A stretch of 63,471 nucleotides of DNA, the filler included, from Chiloscyllium plagiosum (taxonomy: Eukaryota), in the NCBI RefSeq assembly GCF_004010195.1. It is 3 parts of one record of this genome, joined end to end, with 100 filler letters (N's around TTAATTAATTAA, not from the genome) between each part and the next. Parts side by side here need not be neighbours in the genome. Positions count along the whole stretch, not along the records: positions 25,451 to 53,433 come from NC_057716.1; 2 more parts are not named here. One strand, given 5' to 3'. Within the stretch, counting starts at the first letter, position 1. Each line of letters begins with the position of its first letter. The notes beneath the pieces were generated by a model. That model did not search any database. It saw only the letters and a list, made by a program, of their open reading frames with translations, and was not told where the DNA came from. This document shows positions 36,740-50,262 of this stretch, in pieces. Position numbers and translations under genes: made by a program.

Positions 36740-39700
36740 GCAATAGGACAGAAGTGTAGGTGCTGGAAGTCTTAAAACACTTAAAGGTAGCTAAATCCCC
36801 AAGACCTGATCAAATGTATCCCAGACCATTGTGAGAAGCTAGGGAAGAAATTGTGCAGCCCTTAGTCAATGTATTTGTATCATCAGCTGCAAAGCGTCAT
36901 GCGTCGGAAGACTGGAGAGTGGCTAATGTGCCATTTAAGGTTGCAAGGAAAAGCGAGGGGACTATAGACTGGGACGCCTAACATTAGTGGTGGGTAAGTT
37001 GGAGGAGATTCTGAGACTACACCTCTGTCAAAAAACAAGGGCTGATTAGGTACAGTCAGCACTGAAGTTTATGAAGAAAGGCCAAGAAGATAAATGAGGT
37101 AGAACAACATAGTTAACAAAAGCGTTTAAGGCTTTGTAGTGAATAGAAGAGGTTAGGTAGAAGGCTCAAAAGTCAAACCTCCAATGTAGTACTCTCTCTG
37201 GTTTATCTGATTACCACATTCTCATGAGAGTAGGAATAAAAAATGAACAGAGAAATCAATGCACCACTTCTCCTGCCAATGTGCCAGGAATCAGATTTTT
37301 GGATCATTGAGATCTCTTCTGAAGCAGGAAAAACCTGTTCCGAAGGGATGGTTTTCACCTGAACTGGAAAGGGTTGGCAGGATCCTAAGTAGCGCAATAG
37401 AAAGATAGATGAGGATAGTTTGGAATCAGAAAAGAGTAAGTCTAAGAATAAGGTAACTCTGAAGAATTGAATTAATTTCATTACAGGTAAGGCTAAACTT
37501 GGGGCATGTGTGGGAACATTGGACTGGGATGTCATAGCTATCACAGAAACTTGGCTGAGAGAAGGGCGTTACTGGCAGCTTAGTGTTCTGGGTTTTCCAT
37601 CCGAGAGGAAGGAAGGATGGAAAAGGAGACAAGAGCAGAGGGAGTGCTGTTCTTGATTTAAGGAAAGCATTCATTACTGTAATTGGAGACGGTATTTCTG
37701 AGGGATCATCCTGAGTAGAAATAGAAATAAGAAAGGGATGATCACCTTGATGGGGTTGTACTATAGGTCTTCCAATAGTCAGAGGGACATTGAGAAGCAA
37801 ATATATCAGAGACCTCTCTACATATGTAAGAATGATAAGGTTGGAATAGTGGGGGGTTTTAATTTTCCAAGCATTGACCCGGGCTGCCATAGTGTTAAAG
37901 GCTTGAATGGTGAGGAATTTGTTAAATGTGTTCAAAAAATTTTGATTATGATTTTTATGTAAATACTTCTACTAGAAAAGGAGCAAAACCTGATCTCCTC
38001 TCAGGAAATAAGTGAAGTGTTAGAGGGACACTTTGTGACCAGTGATCATAATTCTGTTAATTTTAAAATAGTTATGAGGCTAAGCCTTCCATTAAAATTA
38101 AATTCTTAATTGGAGTAAAGAAAATTTTTAATGGTATGAGACAAGAATTTTCAGAAGTTGGTTGGAGTAGACTGTAGGTAAAGGGACAGCTGACAAGTGG
38201 GAGACTTTCAAAAGTTCAGAGGCGCAATTGATGAATAATGATATTGACATTTCTTCAAGAGTAAGAAAAGAATTATAGATATAGGACACTGGGATCAGAT
38301 AAATCTCTTAGAATACAAAGAGTGTTGGGGAATTCTTAAGAGAGAAATCAGGAGGGCAAAGAGGGAATATGAAATAGCCTTGGCAGATAAGGTTAAGGAT
38401 AATCCAGAGTTCCTACGAGTATATTGAGAGCAGTACGTGAATGGGGCCTCCAACATCGATGACCTCATTGATTTTTTTTTTTAACCTGAGGTGATGGGAG
38501 AGATAGTAAAAATTTACATGCAATATTCATTTACTGTGAAGAGAAAAGGAGGCTGGAGAACTTGGGGAAATAAATTTTGATGTTGTGAAAACATTTCACA
38601 TTACAGAAGAAGAGATGCTAGAGTTCTAAACACAAGTGGATAAATCTCTAGGACCTAGTAGAGTGTATTCTAGGACGTTGTGGCAAGTTACAGAAGAAAT
38701 TGCGGGGCTCCCAGCAAAGATATTTGTCACCTATAATTGAGTGAGATGCCAGAGGACTGGAGTGTGGCTAACATCGTGCCTTCATTTTTAAAAAAGGCTA
38801 TAACCAGAAGCCTAGGAACTATAGATTTATGTGCCTGATATCAGTGGTGGATAACTTGTTAGAGGTGATTCTGAAAGAGAAGATTTACATGCATTTGGAA
38901 AGGCAAGGATTGATTCGGGATAATTAGTGTGGTTACGTGAGGGCAATGATTTGTCGTTTTTGAGGAAGCAACCAAAAAGATTGAGGGCAGCATGGTAGAC
39001 ATTTATGTGGACTTTTACTAAAATCTTTGACAAGGTACTGCATGGTAGATTAATTAGTAAAGTTAGATCACATGGGATTCAGGTGACCTTGCCAACTGAA
39101 TACAAATTGGCTTGATGGTAGGGACTGTGGTGGTGAAACGTTTTAGGACTGGAGGCCTGTGATCAGTGGTATTCCATAGGATTTTGGTGCTGGTTCCACT
39201 TTTTTTTGTCGTTTTATCAGCTGTTTGGATGAGAATTTATGAAAGGTTAGTCAGTTTTGGATGACACCAAAAATTGGTGGTATAGTGGACAGTGAAGAAG
39301 TTTATCCAAGAGTTCAATGGAATCTTGATCAACTGGACCAGTGGGCTGAGGAATGGCAAACGGGGTTTAATTCTGATAAATGTGAGTTGCATTTTGGTAA
39401 GATGAACAAGGGCAGGACTTGCACAGTTAATGGTAGGGCCCTGGGGAGTGTTATAGAACAAGGACACCAAGGGGTGCTGGTTCCTTGAAAGTTTTGTCAC
39501 AAGTAGACAAGATAGTTAAGAAGGCGTTTGGCACATTTGCCTTCATTTGTCAGAACATTTGAGTATAAAAGCTGGGACATAATGTTACAGTTGTACAAGA
39601 TGTTGGTGAGGCCAACCATGTTTGAACAATAAATGTTCACCTTGCCAGTGATGCCCACATCCTACAAGTGAATAAAAACTGGACAAGACTAGAACACTAG

Positions 39701-40180
39701 GTCAGAGTTTGTAGTACATTTGCAGTATGTACAACTCTAGTCGCCTTGCTATAGGAATGATGTTATTAAACTGGATAAGCTGGGATGTTTTTTTTCCCTG
39801 GAGCATAGGAAGTTGAGGGGTGAGATTTTGGAGGCTTATAAAATTGAGGAACACAAAGGTAAATAACAAAGGTCATTTTTTTTTTCCCCCAATCGTGAGG
39901 GTGTCCAGAACCGGAAGGCATAGTTTTAAGGTGAGAGGGGAAATATTTAAAAGGGATCTGAGGGGCAACTTTTTCGCACAGGATGATTCATATTTGGAAT
40001 GAGTTGCCACAGGAACTGGTGGTCGTTTACAATTACAACATTTTAAGATATTTGAACAGGTATGTGGAAATGCAAGGTTTAGACAGATATAGGCCAAATG
40101 CAGGTAAATGGGAGTAGTTCAGTTTAGAAAACCTGATCAGTGTGGACAAGTTGAGCCAAACTCCTGTTTCTGTGCTGGAT
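36740..40180 (+). mobile_element. Decayed composite CR1 LINE (ORF1 end, APE endonuclease, RT, 3' end)
   Basis: ITLMGLYYR..IVGGFNFPSID (APE), DQLDQWAEEWQTGFNSDKC (RT C-terminus) and a CR1 tail. Confidence 0.88.
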
Positions 40181-40871
40181 ACGTCGACAATTGCAAGATG
40201 GCTTGAAATGGTGCTTTGATTGGAGAAGAGCTGTTTGAGGGGGTTAATTGGCATGCATGATTAGTGGAAACTGGAAATGCCTGACTTAGTGTCTACTTCA
40301 GGCTGCATTCCATCAAAATCCTATTCCTAATGTCCTGTTGAACTTTCTTTAACAATCGGTTGGAAGAGGGTTAACTTGTATCTCTCAAGAATTGGGAACT
40401 GCTTGGCCTGGAGTCTACTCCAGCATTCAATTCAATAGTGGCTCTTCTAATTGCAGCCTCAGATTTGCTTTCACTTCCATTCCCATAATTCTTAGTCCTT
40501 TGCTTGGAAAATTACTTAACTTGGTCTTGAATGAATTCAATGATTCACCTCTGGAGGAGAGAATTGCAAAAATGAATAACCATTTTTTGAAAAACTTGCC
40601 CTTTTTAATTCCCTTGTGGGATGTGGGTGTCACTGACAAGGCCAATATTTATTGCCCAATCCTAATTGTCCTTGAGAAACTGGTGGCAGCCCAGCAACAC
40701 TGAAGGAATGATGTTTTATTTCCAAGTCAGGATGGTGAGTAGCATTGAGTAAAACCTCCAGGAGGTGCTGGTGTTCCCACATCGTCTGCCCTTGTCCTTC
40801 TAGCTTCAAGTGGTCATGGGTTTGGAACGTGCTATCCAAGGATTGTTTGAATTTTATGGTACCATTTATAA

Positions 40872-43229
40872 CAGGGGTGGACAATTAATTCTTCCAAGGG
40901 GCTACATGAGAAACCTGAGTTATGTTGGAGGGTCAAACCAACAATAAGTTGAACATTAATTCTGCTCAGTATTAATTTTCTCCCATTGTAAAAAGTACTA
41001 AATTATATAGTTTTGCACTGGTTCTTAGAATGAAAGAATAAGGATATTCTGTTACAATAAAGATATGAAATTGTGGAGTAGGTCAAATATAGAAGAAATA
41101 AACAGTAAAAACAATTTCAATATTTCATTTTATTTTTAACATGTTAATCTCTCAAACCAATAATGAAAGGTTGTTTCATTATTGTTCAGTATTACAAACA
41201 ACTCTATACAAAAAGCAGCAAGTGCTTTTGATGTTTTTCAGTTCACTTTACTTTTTTTAGTGAGAAAAATCCAGTCTGTTCTGGGCTTGAACAAGTGCAC
41301 TGAAATCTGGTTGAATATCTGAAGTGGATATGCAAAGGACAGCTGAGAGGTGAACATCAGTGATGGAGGATCTGTATTTGGATTTGTTGAACTTCATCAC
41401 TGAGAATGTCTGTTTGCATATATAAGTGGATCCAAAGAGGACTAGAATCTTCTGAGCATGCCTCCTCATGTGTGGAAAGTTCTCCTCTTTGAGGGAAGAG
41501 TAAAAATCGAGCAGTGAGACTGATCTAAAGTACTCTGCCAGAAGTGTGTTAGAATGCAGGTCAATGAGTTCAAGCTGAACATCACTAGGTGCATTCTCCA
41601 CATTGCATGTAAATGGGAAAAAAATCATGTGCATTTCATTCTTAACAATTTTTTAAAGTCTTGAAATTGCCTTAAATTCACCACGCAGTACCTGTCGAGG
41701 TGATCAGCTGAAGGTGCAGCTTTCTTCAGTGTTGGCAAGTGGGTGAGAATGTTGTCCTCCATTTGGCTTGAGAAGCTGCAACTTTCTCATAAAAGCCTTT
41801 ACCAAGTTGTACATTTTAGGCACAATAAGGCCCTTGCACTGCAGTTTCACATTTAGTTCATTCATAAGTGCAGTCACATCAACCGCAAAAACAAGGTCTG
41901 CAATCCAGCCTGCATCTGAAAGCTGTGGACTGCCATTCTTTCTTCACACAAATCTTGAATCTCTTCTCTCAGGTCCTATATGCTTTTTTTCAGCATTTTG
42001 CCCAGGCTGAGCCACCTGACAGCTGTGTGGTAGCTTATGTCACGATGTTCAGTCTCATTTTCCTCAAATTGCAACAAACTGCCTGTGATTCAAAGCTCTT
42101 GCCCTGATGAAGTTAACGATTTTAGTTACAACATCAACCACATAGTTAATTTTTAACACTGACTTACACAACACTTCCTGATGTATAATACAATGCAAAA
42201 ATACCAATTTCTGTTCAGGGTCAATTTCTGTCACTTTATCCTGCATTCTCTTTAAGAGTCCAACATTATTTTCCATTAGATTTGGACAACCATCTGTTGT
42301 CACACCCACCAGCTTGTCCCATTTTAGTCCCAAAGTGTCCAAACATGCATTTTCTTCCATGAACAAATCATTACCAGTTGTTGTTCCTTTCATTGACTGC
42401 ATGGCTGCCAGCTCCTTTGTGATTTTAAAGTCCGTAGTTATCCCACATACGAAGGGGAGTAGCTCGGCTGTGTCATGTGTGTCGCAGCTCTCATCCAAAG
42501 CCAAGGGAAAAATGTCAAAGTTGACTGCTCTGCTGCAGCTGAAGCTCCAGATTTCTCTCAATGTCCCCAATTCTTCTCGCTACAGTGCGTCAGGAAAGGG
42601 GCACATTCTGAAATGCCTCCTTTTTCCTCCGGGCATATTAGTTCTGCAGAGTCCAACAAGCACTCCTTAATAAACTTTCCATCAGAAAACTGTTTACTGT
42701 TTCTGGAGATTTTGTGGGATATGACATAACTTGTCTTGACAGCTGCATCTCTGGATATGTGAAGTTTAGTAAAAAGTCTTTGGTTATGCAGCTTAGCTCG
42801 CATAGCATCCGACTCCTTGCCCACTCTTGATTAGACAAGTTGTACTTCTCGGCGTGTTTGGTCACGTAGTGGCGATTCAAATTATAATCCTTGAACACAG
42901 CGACCTGTGCACCACAAACCAAGCACACTGCTTTACCTCTGATTTCTGTAAATAAATATCTAGCAGTCCATGTCTCATTAAAAACGCAGCGTTCTGTATC
43001 AACCTTCCTTTTTTGGCGTGAGCTGACATTTTGAAGGCTAGCCAACAAGCATCACATTTAGCTGTTCATGCACGCACGTACATGGACATGTGCATCCATG
43101 CATAAATTAAAAAAATGCATCCTTTTCAAAACAAAAGCAACAGTTGTATTGTGTGCATGGCGTAAATACTTTTTCATTTATGTTCTAATTTAAGATTGAC
43201 TCCTGCGGGCCGTGAAATGCCCAAGTCTG
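40872..43229 (-). mobile_element. Full-length decayed hAT DNA transposon, Buster/Charlie/SPIN-like (GTF2IRD2-type transposase)
   Basis: Ends read CAGGGGTGGACAA and (reverse complement) CAGACTTGGGCAT. 8-bp TSD ATTTATAA (40864-40871) / CTTTATAA (43230-43237) has the central TA. Minus-strand ORF pieces show a BED-like CLVC..NLNRHY..KH, LALDESCD, TTDGCPN, HCIIHQE and the C-terminal FGSTYICKQTFS. Confidence 0.93.
41257..43030 (-). pseudogene. Frameshifted hAT transposase
   Basis: ORF fragments 42638-43048, 42558-42824, 42064-42570 and 41257-41634 are in colinear domain order but broken by frameshifts and stops. Confidence 0.9.
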
Positions 43230-45093
43230 CTTTATAACCTTGCAGAACAATGTGATTCATTGTACAGAAAATACATCATTGGATTTTAGTCAACAGATCA
43301 GGCAGTATTTGTGGAGGAAGAAGGAATGGTTAACATTTTAGCTCTGGACTGCTCATCCCAGGTGGAATAATGTAATATGTCCTGAGCACAATTGCAAGCT
43401 CAAAGGTCAGACAGGAAGAGGTGGAAGATAGGCAGGACAGAACAGAAGGAGACATTTGGTTCACCAAGCATGTGCCAGAATAATCCAGTCAGCCAGTTCT
43501 GCATTGTTATTCTGAGTAATTGTTGAGTAGGCAACATTGCAGCCCAATTTGCACAGTCAAGGCCATACAATTAACTGAAAATTGATCATGTAATACGTTG
43601 ACTACAGTTGGCTCTGCTATAATGAGCTTTTGTTTGTGAATTGGCTCTAATGCAATTGAAGAATTTAGACCATTCTTTGTAGAACATGAACCTCCCTCCC
43701 TTGTATTGGCTAGAACGTGATTCTGGTCCCATTGGTTTAAATAGTGCTGCTAATATGATTTTCTTAACATGGGATCATGTTATATCAGAACAGACTGTAC
43801 TGGGAAGACCCATGTGTCAGGTGACATCTGAAGAGGTGAACTGAGTTAAGGTTTCATGTAAACAATATATCATCACCACAAAAACAGTGAAGGTCTTTGT
43901 AATATTTTTGAGTTTTGCATTCTGTTTGAAAGAAGTGGGCCCAAGATTCTTATTTAAAACTTGAATAAGAACAGTTAAAAAGATGAGGACAGAGCTCACG
44001 GCAATGAACTGCCAAATTAGATTAAGGGATAATCAATGGAGATGCAGCTGCAGACATTTTAGTGAGAGAACACAGAATTCATTTCAACAAGCAAGAAGTC
44101 CAAAGTTCCAGTTAAGCAAGGATGCTGGATCCGAAAAGTTTAAACCTTGTGCTTTTTAATTTGACATTGGACAAGTGATAGGTCAGTGAATTGTACAGAA
44201 TTTAAGTAACTGCAAAGAATGACTAAGATTCATCAGAAATGAAAATTAATAATAGTATGAGGGAAAGCTAGCCTGAAATATTTTAAAAAATCAAAAATTG
44301 GTACAAATATTTTTACAAGAGTTGACTGTGAGCACTGGTCTTGTATAGCAAAGGAATGTGGAGTGTTATGCACAATAGGGAGCTGACGCTTAAAGGTATT
44401 TTGCATTGGTCCTCACTATAAAAGATACAGGTAGCACCCAAAAAAAACTGTAAATCGGGAAATAGAAAGGAGGGAAGACCTCAAAAAGACAAGGACACAA
44501 ATGATTGTCAGAGCTGCAGTCTGAAATATCCTCTACTCTTAATGAACAGATACAAATACCCAAATTAGCAGAAGTCGGCCATTTGGCCCCATGAGCCAGC
44601 TCTGTCATTCAATACAATGATAGCTGATCTGCTAGTGTTTTAAATTCCACATTGCTGCTTATTTCAAAACCAGTGATTTCCCCTGTGCCTAGCAAGACAC
44701 TGTCTGCCTCCTTTTAAGATTCAATGACCTGTCATCACCTTCTGAGGCAGAGTTTCAAAGTGTCACAACCCTCAAATTCCCCTTATCTCTGTAGCACCTT
44801 ATCAAAGAAAACAAAGGTTATTGTGGAAAATAAAAACTCAAGGTGTGGTAACACTGCCGTGGATAGAATATTGAATGGCTAATAGGAAACAAACAGCATA
44901 AATAGATGTTCTTTGTGATTGGCAATATGTAACAAGAGCTGTCACAGGAACCAGTACTGGGACCTCTATTTTGCAATTTATAGAAATTATGAATGAGGAA
45001 CCGAGGTATCGGTGTTAAATTTTCATTATGAAATGAAGGTAGGTAGCAGAAAACGTTGTGAATAGGGCACACGGTTGCCTTGTGATATATACA

Positions 45094-45219
45094 GGAGAAA
45101 GGGAGGACTGCAGATGCTGGAGACCAGAGTTGAAAAATGTGGTGCTGGAAAAACACAGCAGACCAGGCAGCATCCGAGGAGCAGGAGAATTGACATTTTG
45201 GGCATAAGCCCTTCAGGAA
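45094..45219 (-). mobile_element. Penelope-derived mini-element (family A) with 13-bp TSD
   Basis: TSD TGTGATATATACA at 45081-45093 and 45220-45232. Confidence 0.78.
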
Positions 45220-45589
45220 TGTGATATATACAAGTTAGTATGGTTTGCTCTTGCTCTGAGAGCAACCCTGTGGACCTCCTGGAGTATGGCTTCAATTTGG
45301 ATGGATTTATAACCGCCTCCTATTCTATGTGGCACTATCCTGGCTGAAAAACAGGTATCTAGCCGAAAACCACTTCTCGATTTTAGCCTATTGAGGGCTT
45401 TTGAGTGCTTTTTGAATATTGTACATGTCTTTGTGGCAGTCATTCAGGTGACACTTGCCGTGAGGGAGCAGTAGTCAATCTTGATTTGAGTTTGACGAAA
45501 AGTCTTTTTTTTTGTTTGGGGGGGGATGCAGTTGAATCTTAAACTGGTGATATAAGGGTGTTTGTTTGTTTGTTTTTTGTGAAGGTTTT

Positions 45590-46290
45590 TAACTGGGATA
45601 AATTGGACTCAAGTAGACAGGGTAGTGAAGAAGGTGTTTAGTGTGCTTGCGGTACACTTTTGAGTATAGGAGTTGGAAGGTCATGTTGCAGCTAAGCAGG
45701 ACATTGGTTCGGCCACTTTTGGAATTATGTTCAGTTCTGGTCTCCCTGTTGTAGGAAAGATTTAAAATTGAAAGGGTTCAGAAAAGATTTAGAGATGTTG
45801 CCAGGGTTGGAGGATTGGGGCTATAGGGAGAGGCTGAATAGGTTGGGGCTACTTTCTCTGGAGTGTCAAGCTGAGGGGTGACCTACATAGAACAGTACAG
45901 TGCAGAACAGGCTCTTCAGCCCTCTGTTGCACTGACCTGTGAACTAATCTAAGCCCGACCCCCTACATTGTTCCATCATCCATGTGCTTATCCAAGGACT
46001 GTTTAAATCTCCCTAATGTGGCTGAGTTAACTACATTGGTAGGCAGGTCATTCCACACCCTTGCCACTGAGTAAAGAATCTGCCTCTGGCATCTTTCTTA
46101 TATCTATCACCCCTCAATTTGCAGCTGTGCCCCCTGAACAAGCCAACATCTCATCCTCAGAAAAAGACTCACTGTCCACCCTATCTAATGCTCTGATCAT
46201 CTTGTATGTCTCTATTAAATCCCCTCTTAGCCGCCTTTGTAGAAATTTATAAAATCATGAGGGGTATGGATAGGGTACATAGCCAAGAAT
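45590..46290 (+). mobile_element. CR1 fragment with a nested antisense CR1 3' end (about 45885-46235)
   Basis: Plus CR1 sequence CTGAGGGGTGACCT resumes as TGTAGAAATTTATAAAATCATGAGG after the minus-strand insert. Confidence 0.7.
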
Positions 46291-46621
46291 CTTCAACGTA
46301 GCTTGAAATTTAATATTCTTTCATGGGCTTTTGTGTGAGAATGACTTCTCGAATGGGATTTGGTGATTTGTTTGACGCTTAACTGTCCTCAAGTGACGAG
46401 CCATTCAGTTTAAGAGAAACTAAGAATGGGCAGCAATGGCTGGCCTTATCATTGGCACCCACGTCCCATGATAGGAAAACAGTGAGCAGTTTGATGAATG
46501 GGTTGTTTTGCAGTTTAACAATAGAGCCTGCTATCCTGTACATTCTATAATTCCTCTTCAAAATAGCTGAAAGAATAGCAGCACCATGTTTAATATTTGA
46601 CTTGTCTCCTTTTTCTTTCAG

Positions 46622-46640
46622 ATTCTTCATTGTGCTGTAG
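46622..46640 (+). CDS. HACD2: HACD2 coding exon 3 (19-nt micro-exon)
   Basis: Long pyrimidine tract ending ttttctttcag|ATTCTTCATTGTGCTGTAG|gtatgt. Encodes ILHCAV(G) and restores the frame between exons 2 and 4. Confidence 0.92.
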
Positions 46641-48074
46641 GTATGTATGCACCTCTCTCTTTTTTCTCCCCCCATTTGATTTTTTTTAAAGTCCATCACA
46701 AGTTAGTTTTACATATGGTGGACAGTATTGCATGTTCATCAAACCCTCATGCATCAGATGGTATGTCTCTATCTTGGTGAGCTAGTGTATTTTTAAAACC
46801 CTGGTTTAGTTAACCAACTGGAAGGATCAGGTTTATTGAATTATTGTTGGGTCTCACTAGATTTAAGACAGGAAATTGGAGGGAAAGTAGGTCACTTGAC
46901 CTGTCAACTGCTATTCAAGCAAACTATTGCCATTTACCCCCCACACCATCTAGAAATCTATCCATTTTCGTCTTGAATATCCTCCAGTGATTAAGCTTCC
47001 ACAGTTCTCTGGGGTAGAGAATTCCAAATCTTCATCAGATGAAGAAGTTTCATCTCATCTCAGTCTTCAATATCCTGGTTCATATTCAGATTGCCATCTG
47101 GTTCTCGAACTAGGCAAATATCTTCCCTGCTTCTTTTCCCAGTGTTGATTCTGTTCAGCAAGAAGCACTGGATATGATCCAACTTTATCCTCACCAACAG
47201 ATCACCACAGACCCAATACATATGGAAACTAGGTCAAGCAAGGCTAAACATTACACCAACTCTGCCTCTCATCACCGCCTACTTCAGTGATTAAATTCAA
47301 CATTGCCAGTATTGAGGTAGTGCTTATTGTTCAACTAGATGAGGCTTCCAAATCAAGCTTGCTGCTTTAAGGTTCATTATGGCAAGTAATTACCAAGAGG
47401 GTGGAGGAAACATTTCAAGGATGTCCTCAAAGCCTCCCTAAATACATGCAACATCTCCAACTCTTGTCCAAGACACTCAGACAAGAGAAGAAACATTGAT
47501 GAAGCTGCCAACCATCTCAAACATCTCTAGACCCAGTTAGAAGCCAAATGCATACTGTGACAGGAGTGTGCAACCTCTGTGTCCCATTCACCTACCCCAC
47601 CTATGGCAGGATGTGAAAATCCAAATTGGACTGTTTAATCACGTTAGGCATTGTATCCCCGGAGTGGAAATAAGTTATCCTTGTTCGCGAGCAACTTCTG
47701 ACGAAAATCTTTCTTCGTTTCAATCAGATCATTTCTCATTCTTGGAAACTCCCTACCGAATACAGACCCAATTTCTTAAAACTCTAAGACAGTCCCACCA
47801 ATCCAGGGTTAACCTCTATTTCACTCCAATGGCAAGTATATCCTTCCCCCTTAAGAAAACCAAAACTCAGGCTACAGGTCTCACCAGACTCTATACAGAT
47901 ACATCAAGACCTCATGTGCTGTAGTCCCTTGCAATGAAGGCCTTTCCAGTTACTTGCTGACCTACATGCTAGCTTTTAGTATGTCATATTTCCTTTTTTT
48001 TTTTGGGATGAATAAGGACACCCAGGTCCCTTTTGGACATCAACTCTCTCCAACCCTTTGACCTTTTGAAGTAG

Positions 48075-50262
48075 TGGGATGTACCTACTAGAGAAAACAG
48101 AGCAGGTGACTGAGGTGTCAGCGAGGGAGCACTTTGGGACCAACAGCATTAATTCTATTAGTTTTAAAATAGTGATGGAAAAGGATAGACCAGATCTAAA
48201 AGTTGAAATTCTAAATTGGAGAAAGGCCAATTTTGACGGTATTGGGCAAGAACTTTCAATAGCTGATTGGGGGCAAATGTTCACAGGTAAAGGGGCAGCT
48301 GGAAAATGGAATGTCTTCAGAAATGAGATAACAAGAATCCAGAGAAAGTATGTTCCTGTTCGGGTGATAGGGAATGCTGGATGACTAAAGAAATTGAGGG
48401 TTTGGTTAAGGAAAAGAAGAAAGCATATGTCTGGTATTTTCAGGATAGATCGAGTGAATCCTTAGAGTATAAAGGAAGTAGGAATATACTTGAGGGAAAT
48501 TGGGAGGGCAAAAAGGGGCATGAAATAGCGTTGGCAAATAGATTTAAGGAGAATCCAAAGGGTTTTTACAAATATATATTAAGGACAAAAGGGTAATTAG
48601 GGAGAGAATAGGGCCCCTCAAAAATCCGTAAGGCAGCCTATTTGTGAAGCTGCAGGAGATGGAGATGCTAAACAAGTATTTTGCATCAGTGTTTGTTGTG
48701 GAGAAGAACATGGAAGATACAGAATGAGGGGAAATAGATGGTGACATCTTGAAAAATATCCATATTACAGAGGAGGAAGTGCTGCATGTCTTGAAGTCCA
48801 TAACCATGGATAAATCCCTGGGACCTGATCAGGTGTACCCTGGAGCTCTGGGAAGCTAAGGAAGTGATTGCTGGGCCCCTTGCTGAGACATTTTGTATCA
48901 TCAGTCACAGGTGAAGTGCTGGAAGACTGGAGATTGGCTACCATGGTGCCACTGTTGAAGAAAGGTGGTAAGATAAAGCCAGAGAACTACAGACTGGTGA
49001 GCCCATTGTTGGTAGTGGGCAAGCTGCTAGAGGGAAAGAAAAAGACTGATTGGGATAGTCAGCATGACTTTGTGTGTGAAATCACATCTCATGAACTTGA
49101 TTTAAGTTTTTTGAAGAAGTAACAGAGGATTGATGAGGGCAGAGCAGTGGACGTGATCTATATGGACCTCCGTAATGTGTTCGATAAGGTTCCCCACTGG
49201 AGAATGATCAGCAAGGTTAGATCTTGTGGGATAAAAGGAGAACTATCCATTTGGATACAGAACTGGCTCAAAGGTAGAAGATAGTGGGTGATGGTAGTGG
49301 GTTGCTTTTCAGACTGGAGGCCTGTGACCAGTGGAGTGCCACAAGGATCGGTGCTGGATCCACCTCTTTGTCATTTATGTCAATGATTTGGATGTGAGCA
49401 TAAGAAGTATAGTTAGTATATTTGCAGATGACACCAAAATTGGAGGTATAGTGGACAGCAAGGAAGGATCTTGATCAGATGGGTCAATGGGCTGAGGAGT
49501 GGCAGATAGAGTTTAATTCAGATAAATGTGGGGTGCTGCATTTTGGGAAAGCAAATCTTAGCAGGACTTATACACTTAATGGTAAGGTCCTAGGGAGTGT
49601 TGCTGAACAAAGAGACCTTGGAGTGCAGGATCATAGCTCCTTGAAAGTGGAGTTGCAGGTAGATAGGATAGTGAAGGCGGCTTTCCTTTATTGGTCAAGA
49701 GTATTTGAGTATCGGATTTGGGAGGTCATGTTGCGGCTGCACAGACATTGGTTTGGCCACTTTTGGAATATTGTGAGCAATTCTGGTCTCCTTCCTACTG
49801 GAAGGATGTTGTGAAACTTGGAAGAAATCAGAAAAGATTTAAAAAGATGTTGCCAGATTTGAGCTATAGGAAGAGGCTGAACAGGCTGTGGCTGTTTACC
49901 CTGTAGCATATGCGGCTGAGAGGTAACCTTCAGGAGGTTTCAAAAATGAGAGGCATGGATAGGGTAAATAGACAAGTCTTTACCCTGGGGTGAGGAGTTC
50001 AGAAATAGAGGGCATAGATTTAGGATGAGAGGGGAAAGAGATAAAAGGGATTTAAGGGGCAGTGTTTTCAGAGGGTGGTGCATGTATGGACTGAGCTGCC
50101 AGAGGAAGTGGTAGATGTTGGTACAATGACCGCATTTAAAAGGCATCTGGATGGAGATATGAATAGGAAGGGTTTAGAGGGATATGGGATTAGATTAGGA
50201 TATCTGCTCAACATGGACGAGTTGGACCGAAGGGTCTGTTTCCGTGCTGTACATCTGACTCT
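48075..50262 (+). mobile_element. CR1 LINE, 5'-truncated ORF2 to 3' end
   Basis: LNWRKANFDGI, ATMVPLLKKG..ENYRLVS, QWAEEWQIEFNSDKCGVLHFG and a 3' tail, with many frameshifts. Confidence 0.93.

Noticed and set aside
41257..43048. Domesticated GTF2IRD2/EPM2AIP1/ZBED-like host gene
   Set aside because: Multiple frameshifts together with retained termini and TSD indicate a dead transposon copy.
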